IMG/VR virus record: IMGVR_UViG_3300005260_000001
Coordinates: 1-44,560 of that record
Strand: one strand, 5' to 3'
Length of the DNA: 44,560 nt
Source of the DNA: a virus
The notes beneath the pieces are model-generated. The model had not been told where the DNA came from and searched no databases. It saw nothing but the letters and a program-made list of their open reading frames with translations. This document shows positions 14,086 to 21,220 of the stretch, piece after piece. Within the stretch, counting starts at the first letter, position 1. Each line of letters starts with the position of its first letter. A program made the translations under genes and the position numbers.

Positions 14086-14283
14086 ATGGCTACACCTCAG
14101 GAAATCGCGAACGCTATGGGTAAGAGCGCGGCTTTCGCGCGGATGATTATCAACGGCAAACGCAGCCCCTCTCTCGCGAACGCACTTAAGATATTCGACG
14201 GCACCGGCGAGAAACTTGGCCCCTTGCGCGATTTGAGCGACGAGGAAATTGCGACCGCCCGCCGGATGGCAGACGCGGCATGA
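14086..14283 (+). CDS. cro: Cro-like small HTH protein (65 aa)
   Basis: Internal ATG. MATPQEIANAMGKSAAFARMIINGKRSPS is a YdaS/Cro-type HTH. Divergent from the cI-like gene. Confidence 0.65.
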   Translation: MATPQEIANAMGKSAAFARMIINGKRSPSLANALKIFDGTGEKLGPLRDLSDEEIATARRMADAA

Positions 14284-14813
14284 ACGCGACTCTCCACAAC
14301 ATCGCCCCCAAAACGGTTTACTTCATCAAGCCGATAGGGATGGATGGTCCGGTCAAGATCGGCGGCAGCAAGTTGCCTACCAAGCGCCGCGATGAACTGG
14401 AAGTTTGGTCGCCGTTCCCGCTTGAGATTGTCGCCGAGCTCCCCGGCAATCTTTTGGTCGAACGGCAATTCCATGCCTTGTTCGAGCATCTGCACGAGAA
14501 CCGCGAGTGGTTCACGGCTGCGCCCGAACTGATTGCCGTAATCGAGCAGATCAAGGCTGGCACGTTCGACGTGGCCTCCCTGCCTGAGCCGCGCGGGCTT
14601 AGGCCTATGGGCCGCAGAACAGCCGCCTTTACGCGGCAATTGAGCTTGAGCCAGCGCGTGACACACACTGAGCGCCGGACGGGCTACAAGTGCCCTGTCA
14701 GTACCTGGAACATGATCCGCGATAACGACACCGCGCGGATCGCAGCCGTTGAGGCTTACCTTTCCGATCCGATTACGCACGGCATTCGCTCTCGCGACAC
14801 GGAAGCGGCTTAG
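14280..14813 (+). CDS. T5orf172 / GIY-YIG-like (MUG113) domain protein
   Basis: VYFIKPIGMDGPVKIGGSKLPTKRRDEL...ERQFHALFEHLHENREWF matches the T5orf172 pattern. ATGA coupling to cro. Confidence 0.6.
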   Translation: MNATLHNIAPKTVYFIKPIGMDGPVKIGGSKLPTKRRDELEVWSPFPLEIVAELPGNLLVERQFHALFEHLHENREWFTAAPELIAVIEQIKAGTFDVASLPEPRGLRPMGRRTAAFTRQLSLSQRVTHTERRTGYKCPVSTWNMIRDNDTARIAAVEAYLSDPITHGIRSRDTEAA

Positions 14814-15013
14814 CGATGCTTCGGGAGCGGAACCACAGCAGCGCCACACTTGCCCTGCCAGAGCTTGTAGGCGGCATCCATGCGACGCTTAAGCAGCAGC
14901 ATGGACGTGGGCCTGTAGGCGGCGATGTCTTTGCCTCCACGGCTGAAATAAAACAGTCCGCCGCGTTCGATGATCTCCGGAACATCGTCATGCTCCACGA
15001 TTTCTGCGCCCAT
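14810..15013 (-). CDS. Antisense small gene (67 aa), hypothetical
   Basis: Strong GAGGAGG RBS 4 nt before the ATG at 15013. Its TAA overlaps the TAG of the convergent T5orf172 gene (TTAG). Confidence 0.55.
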   Translation of the reverse strand: MGAEIVEHDDVPEIIERGGLFYFSRGGKDIAAYRPTSMLLLKRRMDAAYKLWQGKCGAAVVPLPKHR

Positions 15014-15123
15014 AACCCCTCCTCACCCAGACACGACTTCTTGTTTATTACACAACTCAAGAAATCACGTCGAGCCTGTGAACGGGACCTGACCGAACAT
15101 GGTTTATACCGGGGGAGGCTATC

Positions 15124-15540
15124 ATGAGTGAGGGATGGCAGCCCGGTGACTTGGCTCTGTGTATTCGAGCGGGGCGTGGGCGCGTTAAAGGCAAGATATA
15201 TCTGGTGGTTGAAGTGTTCGATGACTGCCCTGCGAGCGGCGGAGGTACCGTTGTAGGGCTCGTTATTGAAGGTCCTCGGAACCCCTATAATCCTTTCTGG
15301 AATGGTGCTCATTGGTGCCGCCACTTCACCAAGGTGCCTCGCCATGAGGCCGATGAGTTCGACCACGAAGTAATCGCTGCCATGCGTGATGAGCCTGTCA
15401 CAGCACACAGCCGGGACGCACACACTATCGCCCCGGCTGCATCTATTCATCTGGCTTTCCAGCCTATCGACAATTCGGGCTGCGATGACGCCGATTGCCA
15501 TCGCTTCAGTGCGGGTTCCTTTCACGAGGGGAGCCTCTAG
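15124..15540 (+). CDS. Hypothetical protein (138 aa)
   Basis: GGGGGAGG RBS before the ATG. Confidence 0.6.
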   Translation: MSEGWQPGDLALCIRAGRGRVKGKIYLVVEVFDDCPASGGGTVVGLVIEGPRNPYNPFWNGAHWCRHFTKVPRHEADEFDHEVIAAMRDEPVTAHSRDAHTIAPAASIHLAFQPIDNSGCDDADCHRFSAGSFHEGSL

Positions 15541-15542
15541 CG

Positions 15543-15881
15543 ATGCACGGAGGGAATATCCTCGGCTTATTTGCCGATGTGAGGCGAGAAGATTGCCTCA
15601 AGGCGGTCAGCTTGGCGCTGCTGCGTGTGCGCGGCGCGGGCGAGACCTGTGAGGAAATCGGCCGCAAGCTAGGCTGTCATGCCGATACCGTTGAGAATGC
15701 GAGCAACGAGAAATCCATGCTCGCCTTCGACAGCATCGCCCGGCTGTGCGCCAACTACCCCGACATTGCCCCGCTGATCGAGGCGGTTTGGCGTGGCGGT
15801 GCGGCACCGGCCCCAACACTAGCAGAACGCCTCGATCGGATCGAGCGCGAAGCTGCAACTATCCGGAGGGAATTGGCATGA
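15543..15881 (+). CDS. Putative HTH regulatory protein (112 aa)
   Basis: Internal ATG after GAGGGGAG. ETCEEIGRKLGCHADTVENASN is an HTH-like segment. Confidence 0.45.
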   Translation: MHGGNILGLFADVRREDCLKAVSLALLRVRGAGETCEEIGRKLGCHADTVENASNEKSMLAFDSIARLCANYPDIAPLIEAVWRGGAAPAPTLAERLDRIEREAATIRRELA

Positions 15882-16069
15882 GTGGGCAGAGGGAACGAGA
15901 GGCGATCGTGGCTTGGCTTCATAAGGAAGCAGACAGGTTTAGTGCGCTCGCGGATACGACAACTTGGCTTACCAAGACGCTCTTGCAAACTGACGCCGAA
16001 CTTGTCGATCGTCTCGCTGACGCCATTGAGCGCGGCGACCATCTGAAAGCCCCCACCAATGAGGGCTGA
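15878..16069 (+). CDS. Hypothetical protein (63 aa)
   Basis: ATGA overlap with the upstream gene. Confidence 0.45.
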   Translation: MSGQREREAIVAWLHKEADRFSALADTTTWLTKTLLQTDAELVDRLADAIERGDHLKAPTNEG

Positions 16070-16583
16070 AACACCCACCCCATCGGACGCAGGCTTACTC
16101 CTCATGTCGCCCACGTCCGGCCGCCGGAGTTCGCCAGGGGCTTCGGCGGCACAGATTCCAATCCGCATTCAGCTTTCGCGTCGCAAGGGTTGGCGATTGC
16201 CGCCTAACACCGTGAGCGTCGCGCGGCCCACCAAGTGGGGAAATCCCGAGCGCGTCGTGCTCGACGAAATGCGGTGGGACGGCGAAAGCTACGATGACGC
16301 CGGCGAGCCGATCGAACATGGACCTTGGCTCTGCCTTGGTCGCGGCAGCACGTTCCCGCCCGAGCCACTGAAGTCGTTTAATGGCTGGTGGTTTGCAAGC
16401 CGCATCGAAGCGGTCGGGAAGGCGGTCGCGATGTTCCGGTTTCGTCTTACCACCGATATCACGAGCTGCCGACTAGCCATTGCCGATGAGCTGGCCGAGT
16501 TGCGGGGCAAGAATCTCGCATGCTGGTGCCCGCTCGATCAGCCTTGTCACGCTGACGTGCTGCTGGAGCTAGCGAACCAATGA
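16059..16583 (+). CDS. DUF4326 domain protein
   Basis: C-terminal GKNLACWCPLDQPCHADVLLELAN is the DUF4326 signature. Confidence 0.6.
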   Translation: MRAETPTPSDAGLLLMSPTSGRRSSPGASAAQIPIRIQLSRRKGWRLPPNTVSVARPTKWGNPERVVLDEMRWDGESYDDAGEPIEHGPWLCLGRGSTFPPEPLKSFNGWWFASRIEAVGKAVAMFRFRLTTDITSCRLAIADELAELRGKNLACWCPLDQPCHADVLLELANQ

Positions 16584-16623
16584 AACCCCAGCCTACACCC
16601 CTACGCGGCCTCCGTGCCCACTG

Positions 16624-17124
16624 TTGGATGCTCTGCGCAGACTTCCGCATGTGGAAGAAGAGGCACTTTGTCAGACCTGTATTGGCGAAGGCTGGTCAGC
16701 GTGGATGGGATACCAGGAGGGCTGGGCGGTGATCGGTCCACTTCCCGAGGATATCTCCCGCGAGCAGGCCCTTGAGCGTGGCAGCGAAGAACTGCGCGAA
16801 GCAATCGAGGCTGTGCGCGCCGGACGCGATCCTCAAACACGCGTGCGCCTGATCTGGTCGAGCACAGAAAGCCAAGTCAAGCGCGATCCCGATAGCCGCA
16901 GCTCGGCAAGCTCAAGGCACTTCGAAAAGGTCTATGCTGAGAAGCGCGAGCGGGCCGAACTACAACGCACCCTGCGCGACCCTTGTCCACAGTGCGGCAC
17001 CAGAATGGATCTGGGGTGCAGCCATGTCAAGCACTTGATTCCGGGCGATGAATTGATGGTCAACCCGGTACATATCAACAGGGCATGGGATCGCCTTGTG
17101 CGTAACTTGAAGGGCGAGGAATGA
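16624..17124 (+). CDS. Hypothetical Cys-rich protein (start uncertain)
   Basis: Contains CQTC and CPQC...C.H pairs. TTG at 16624 lacks an RBS. An alternative GTG at 16729 follows AGGAGGG. Confidence 0.5.
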   Translation: MDALRRLPHVEEEALCQTCIGEGWSAWMGYQEGWAVIGPLPEDISREQALERGSEELREAIEAVRAGRDPQTRVRLIWSSTESQVKRDPDSRSSASSRHFEKVYAEKRERAELQRTLRDPCPQCGTRMDLGCSHVKHLIPGDELMVNPVHINRAWDRLVRNLKGEE

Positions 17125-17465
17125 CCCGCGCCCACAAATACCGCGCCCGCGCCACAGAGTGCCATGAAGGGCATAAACACCCAAGCAAGCGTGAAGCCGT
17201 CAGGTGCGATGAATTGCACTTGCTACAGGCGTGCGGCCAGATCGCGGACCTGGAAGTGGAGCCAAGTTTCTTCTTTGTGATCGACGGTGCCGAGCTGAAG
17301 CACGCGAAGGGCCGGCGCGCAGGGTATAAACCAGATTTCTCGTACACCGAAAACGGCAAGAAGATTGCCGAGGACGTGAAAGGCATGACCGCACGGGATT
17401 TCCCGCTGCGGCGCGCACTGTTCGAGCACCTATATCCCGAGATTGAGCTGCGAGTGGTGAAATGA
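17121..17465 (+). CDS. DUF1064-family (YqaN / SPP1 G44P-like) putative endonuclease or junction resolvase
   Basis: KYRA...H.SKREA.R..EL.LL...G.I.DLE.....F......Y.PDF.Y.ENGK...EDVKG......L.R.LF...YP.IE follows the DUF1064 pattern. Confidence 0.75.
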   Translation: MTRAHKYRARATECHEGHKHPSKREAVRCDELHLLQACGQIADLEVEPSFFFVIDGAELKHAKGRRAGYKPDFSYTENGKKIAEDVKGMTARDFPLRRALFEHLYPEIELRVVK

Positions 17466-17647
17466 CCCTCCCTGAAGCCGAATCCATCCAGCAAGAGCCT
17501 GAAACAGAACTACAGGACCACTACGCTACCTGGCGCACGATAGGCCTGTATGCCCTGCTAATCGCATTCTTGCTGTTGTTCATACAGTTCGTGATCTGGG
17601 CGATGCAGGCCATGGAGCCGATGCTGGAGGGGTTGGGCATCGGATGA
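17462..17647 (+). CDS. Small membrane protein (61 aa)
   Basis: ATGA coupling. TM helix IGLYALLIAFLLLFIQFVIWAM. Confidence 0.5.
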   Translation: MTLPEAESIQQEPETELQDHYATWRTIGLYALLIAFLLLFIQFVIWAMQAMEPMLEGLGIG

Positions 17648-18129
17648 GCATCCATCCTCTTGAACGAGTTTGCGCGCGCTGCGGTGCAGAGGCTGGCCAG
17701 AAGTGCGTCGGCTCGCGCGGTCACGAGCGCAAATCGTTCCATCGCGAGCGCGGTAGTCGGCGGAAGGCACACGCCGTCTATTCAGTCGATGATCTGACCA
17801 CGGAAAGCCCGATTGAAAAGCTGTTGGCTGGCGCGATCCGGGAGTGGCTAGAACACAATGACATCTCGGATGTGACCGTGCGCACACAGGTTTCGATTGG
17901 ACCATACCGAGCTGACATAATGCTGGTCGATGGCATATGGGGCCTTGTGGTCGAATGCGAGGGCGCTGCGTTTCACAACAGCCGCGAACAAGTCGAGAGA
18001 GACAAGCGGCGTGATCGCTACTGCGTAGCCCGTGGCTATGCCGTCATGCGGTTTTCCGGGAGCGAAATCCAGCGCGATCCTCGCGGCTGTGCCGCCGAAG
18101 TCGGCCTATGGGTCATGGGGCCTGGATGA
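17644..18129 (+). CDS. Zn-finger plus DUF559 / Vsr-like endonuclease-fold protein
   Basis: N-terminal CARCG...C. The C-terminus YRADIML...VVECEGAAFHNSREQVERDKRRDRYCVARGYAVMRFSGSEI follows the DUF559 pattern. Confidence 0.6.
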   Translation: MSIHPLERVCARCGAEAGQKCVGSRGHERKSFHRERGSRRKAHAVYSVDDLTTESPIEKLLAGAIREWLEHNDISDVTVRTQVSIGPYRADIMLVDGIWGLVVECEGAAFHNSREQVERDKRRDRYCVARGYAVMRFSGSEIQRDPRGCAAEVGLWVMGPG

Positions 18130-18974
18130 GCCGCATCCGCTCCATACACCCCGGGCTCTGGACCGATGAAGCGTTTGTCTCGCTCAGCCCGCTCGCGCGC
18201 CTGCTTTTCATCGGCATGTGGAACGAGTGCGATGACAAGGGAATATTCCCGTGGTCGCCGCTTAAACTCAAGATGCGCGTTCTGCCGGCCGATAACGCCG
18301 ATGCGAGCGTTCTGCTGGCGGAGATTGAAGCGACCGGCTTTGTGCGTCGCTATGACTTTGGCGACAAGCCTTATGGGGCTGTGCGTAATTTCACGAAGCA
18401 CCAGCGACCAAAAAAGCCGAACGACATTCATCCCGCCTCCGCAGAGATACTGCGTTTCGCGGGCATGGATGAGGAACAGGCTGGCCTTATAGGCAAGTCA
18501 GTTCCGAACCAGTTCCCCACCAGTGGGGGAAAGTCTCCGCAGATGGAGGATGGAGGATGGAGGGGTAGTTCGGAAGCTAACGCTTCCGGCGCCAACGCGC
18601 CGACATTGACCCCTGCTGAAATCACGAAAAGCATTTGGGATACGGGCAAAGCGATCCTCAAGGCGGCCGGTCACGATGACCGACAAGCTGGTTCGATCAT
18701 CGGCCGTCTCCGAAAGACCTACTCCGACAGCCAAGTGCTGATCGTGCTCTCTCGCTGCCAGGTTGAGCAGCCATCGGAGCCGCTGGAGTGGATCACGAAG
18801 GCCCTTCAGTTCGAGAACGGAGAATCCAATGGGCGCGGACAACATCCATCCATTTCCAAGCCGACAACTCGGGAGATCGGGGAGCGGGTTGCCGCCCGTT
18901 TCGCCGATGGAGGCAACGGCGGTTCTCACCTCCTGCCTCGCCTTGGTGCGGCCGGTGGGCATGACCGCCGCTGA
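18126..18974 (+). CDS. Putative replication initiator / replisome organiser
   Basis: ATGA-coupled ATG. N-terminus IHPGLWTDEAFVSLSPLARLLFIGMWNECDDKGIF is typical of phage replication-organiser wHTH proteins. The 3' end overlaps the next gene by 146 nt, so the true stop or C-terminus is uncertain. Confidence 0.5.
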   Translation: MSRIRSIHPGLWTDEAFVSLSPLARLLFIGMWNECDDKGIFPWSPLKLKMRVLPADNADASVLLAEIEATGFVRRYDFGDKPYGAVRNFTKHQRPKKPNDIHPASAEILRFAGMDEEQAGLIGKSVPNQFPTSGGKSPQMEDGGWRGSSEANASGANAPTLTPAEITKSIWDTGKAILKAAGHDDRQAGSIIGRLRKTYSDSQVLIVLSRCQVEQPSEPLEWITKALQFENGESNGRGQHPSISKPTTREIGERVAARFADGGNGGSHLLPRLGAAGGHDRR

Positions 18975-19311
18975 GGCGGAAGATTGGCTCGGGGTAGCTG
19001 TGGGCGAAGTCCTGCAATACCCCGCCGCCGTGCTGCACGAAGCTGCTGTCGAAGCACGCCGGACCTGCACACACCACGCGCAGATCGTGCCCACGCTGAC
19101 CGCTGCCGCCGAGGAACGCATGGAGCATTACCGCCGCATGGCCGAGCTATCCGCGCCGGTTCCTGTGCAGGCGCTTCCGCCACCGCCAGAATTGAGCGAC
19201 GACGAGTTCGACCGGATCGTAACCGAACGGGGTTTGGCTCTTTCTGCCCACATCGATCGGGGCCTGATCGTCTCGAATGGCGACGGCACATTTCGCAGGG
19301 CGACCCGATGA
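18829..19311 (+). CDS. Hypothetical protein (160 aa)
   Basis: GGAGA RBS 5 nt before the internal ATG. Confidence 0.5.
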   Translation: MGADNIHPFPSRQLGRSGSGLPPVSPMEATAVLTSCLALVRPVGMTAAEAEDWLGVAVGEVLQYPAAVLHEAAVEARRTCTHHAQIVPTLTAAAEERMEHYRRMAELSAPVPVQALPPPPELSDDEFDRIVTERGLALSAHIDRGLIVSNGDGTFRRATR

Positions 19312-19345
19312 CCAACCCTATCCACTACATAAGGGAGATGAGGTG

Positions 19346-19606
19346 ATGGAATGGCGGCCGATTGAAACTGCACCGAAGGGTCCGGAGGACACCATCCTCG
19401 TTTTGGAGTTCACCCACATCGAGGATTACCATACCTCAATTTCTATCGGCTTTTGGTCAACGATTGATGCGTTTGCCGACGATCCCCGTGAGGGTTGGTG
19501 CGCGTGGGAAAGTGATCTGACCTCATCTGGCGATTACTGGCGCGAACTTCATCCGACCCATTGGATGCCTCTGCCGGCCCCTCCCAGCACTACCAGCGAG
19601 GAATAA
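19346..19606 (+). CDS. DUF551 protein
   Basis: AAGGGAGA RBS. MEWRPIETAPKG...THWMPLPAPP are DUF551 hallmarks. Confidence 0.7.
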   Translation: MEWRPIETAPKGPEDTILVLEFTHIEDYHTSISIGFWSTIDAFADDPREGWCAWESDLTSSGDYWRELHPTHWMPLPAPPSTTSEE

Positions 19607-19614
19607 CCCAGACA

Positions 19615-20157
19615 ATGGCAAGAAGGGGCAGACCACGTAAAGGCGGACGGCGCACAAAAGCCGACAAGCCGATTCGCACGGCAACGATCGTAAAGGGCAA
19701 CGACCGCGCCGAAGCGATCAAGTCGCGCTATGGGATCGAAGGCAGCGATCCGCTTGGCCGGGCCTACATCGCTGGGCTACTCGGAGAAGGCAACCGCGCC
19801 AAGGAACGGCTCGATATGGGCCGCAAGTTCGCCCGTGTGCATCGTGCGGTGATACCTGGCCACTCCTACCGCTGTGCCCTCGACACAAGCCCCAGATCGG
19901 TCCTGACGTTCCAGACGCCCAAGCAACGCGACGAGGAACACTGGCTCAGGGCATCGCTCCCGTTGCTCGACAATGCCCTGCGCCCGTTCTTCGACCAACT
20001 CGTCCTGCCGGCCAATCCCGACAACAACCCGCACTGGCTGGAAAGCCTGCTGAGCAGCTACAAAGACCATCGCGATGTGATGATCCTCGACGCAGCACTC
20101 AAGGCGCTGGATTCGCTGCTGGAAAATTCCTCACAAAAACATCGAGCAAGCGCTTGA
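19615..20157 (+). CDS. Hypothetical basic protein (last early gene; possible late-gene regulator)
   Basis: MARRGRPRKGGRR is an AT-hook-like N-terminus. Lies directly upstream of the structured non-coding leader of the late operon. The function is inferred from position only. Confidence 0.45.
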   Translation: MARRGRPRKGGRRTKADKPIRTATIVKGNDRAEAIKSRYGIEGSDPLGRAYIAGLLGEGNRAKERLDMGRKFARVHRAVIPGHSYRCALDTSPRSVLTFQTPKQRDEEHWLRASLPLLDNALRPFFDQLVLPANPDNNPHWLESLLSSYKDHRDVMILDAALKALDSLLENSSQKHRASA

Positions 20158-20333
20158 CAGCATCGGCAAAACATGCGCTTGTGCACGTAAATGATGATTG
20201 GAGTTGCGCCCGCTGTCTGCGCAACGGGCCATCATCGACAAAGTTCCCCTTCGCCCGTTCCCCAATCCGCACTTCACCCTCCCATGTTGCGGGATTCGTG
20301 TGTGAACGGGCGAAACCCATTGTGAGCTAGATT

Positions 20334-20543
20334 GTGCTGTGTTCCTTATGCAAAGGCTCTGGCAATCTGCTTGTCACCCAACCGCGCTTAACATGGTGGC
20401 CCTGCGCTGCTTGTGGTGGTGCAGGCGTCCTCTGGATGAGTGCAACTCCACCTACGATCCGGATGCATAAGCTGGAGCCTGAAAAATGGCGCAAGCTTCA
20501 AGAAAAAAGAGCGCGAAAATTGGCCGCTAGCCAAGCGAGATAG
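20334..20543 (+). CDS. Small DnaJ-type zinc-finger protein (2x CxxCxGxG)
   Basis: GTG start. Contains CSLCKGSG and CAACGGAG motifs. Confidence 0.5.
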   Translation: MLCSLCKGSGNLLVTQPRLTWWPCAACGGAGVLWMSATPPTIRMHKLEPEKWRKLQEKRARKLAASQAR

Positions 20544-20546
20544 TTT

Positions 20547-20639
20547 ATGTGCCCCAATAACGCTCATCTATGCGTCATGCCCGGCGAAACGCGGCATAGG
20601 GCGTTCCCGCATTGGCTGTGCTGGTTCTGGTGGTTTTGA
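20547..20639 (+). CDS. Micro-ORF (30 aa, Trp/Cys-rich)
   Basis: Not in the ORF track. ATG lies 3 nt after the upstream TAG, and its TGA is immediately followed by the next ATG. Sequence MCPNNAHLCVMPGETRHRAFPHWLCWFWWF. Confidence 0.25.
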   Translation: MCPNNAHLCVMPGETRHRAFPHWLCWFWWF

Positions 20640-20864
20640 ATGTTCGAGCCCGAGCAAATGGATCGCATCATTGCGATAATGTTGGACGCCGAGCATCCAT
20701 ACTCGCCAGTGTTTATGGGCTGGGCATTACGCAAGGCGTTCGAGGCGAACGGCAAGCTCGACCTGGAGGCGGGCAAGTTTATTCTCGACCCGCTTTTTGA
20801 AGCTCAGGTCGATGGCATGTTGGCCGATGCGTTAGCGGCTAATGAAGCGCGCGGTGCGGAATGA
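20640..20864 (+). CDS. Hypothetical protein (74 aa)
   Basis: Operon context. ATGA coupling to the TerS candidate. Confidence 0.5.
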   Translation: MFEPEQMDRIIAIMLDAEHPYSPVFMGWALRKAFEANGKLDLEAGKFILDPLFEAQVDGMLADALAANEARGAE

Positions 20865-21220
20865 CCATGCCCGAAAAGCCTAAAATAGGTGTGAATAGGG
20901 GAAACGCGGGCAAGGGCCGGCCCAAAGGCGCGACCAACAAAACGACGACGCAGGCGAAGGAAGCGATTGCCCTTGCGGCCGAAGGGCTCGGCGGCACCGA
21001 ACGTCTGATCGCATGGGCACAAGAGGACCCGAAGAACGAAAGCGTCTTTTGGTCGTCGATCTACCCCAGACTCGTGCCGCTCGACGTGAACGGAACGCAT
21101 ACGCATGCAATCATGGACCGAGCCGAGCTGCTACAGCGAGCTGGCGACGAAGTTCGAGCAATCTTTGGTGACCGAACCGGAGATGGCGCACGCAATGATG
21201 GCAGAGGCCTGCCGCACTGA
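20861..21220 (+). CDS. terS: Terminase small subunit candidate
   Basis: Basic N-terminus GNAGKGRPKGATNKTT... Sits immediately upstream of and overlaps TerL. Confidence 0.5.
   Translation: MTMPEKPKIGVNRGNAGKGRPKGATNKTTTQAKEAIALAAEGLGGTERLIAWAQEDPKNESVFWSSIYPRLVPLDVNGTHTHAIMDRAELLQRAGDEVRAIFGDRTGDGARNDGRGLPH

Noticed and set aside
16580-16732. 50-codon ORF that is ATGA-coupled to DUF4326 and GTGA-coupled to a GTG at 16729 preceded by AGGAGGG. This would split ORF 16624..17124 differently.
   Set aside because: Its product is Arg/Trp-rich and looks off-frame. The competing frame encodes a plausible CxxC motif that pairs with a later CxxC. I keep it only as an alternative start scenario.
20099-20320. 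73-aa minus-strand ORF covering the structured leader
   Set aside because: It has low third-position GC and no RBS. It overlaps the end of gene 19615..20157, and its sequence is explained by the hairpin elements. I treat the region as non-coding.
20861-21220. Programmed frameshift between the TerS candidate and TerL (116-nt overlap)
   Set aside because: TerL has in-frame ATGs at 21183 and 21195 that reduce the overlap to about 26-38 nt, and I saw no slippery heptamer. An ordinary overlapping start is the simpler explanation.
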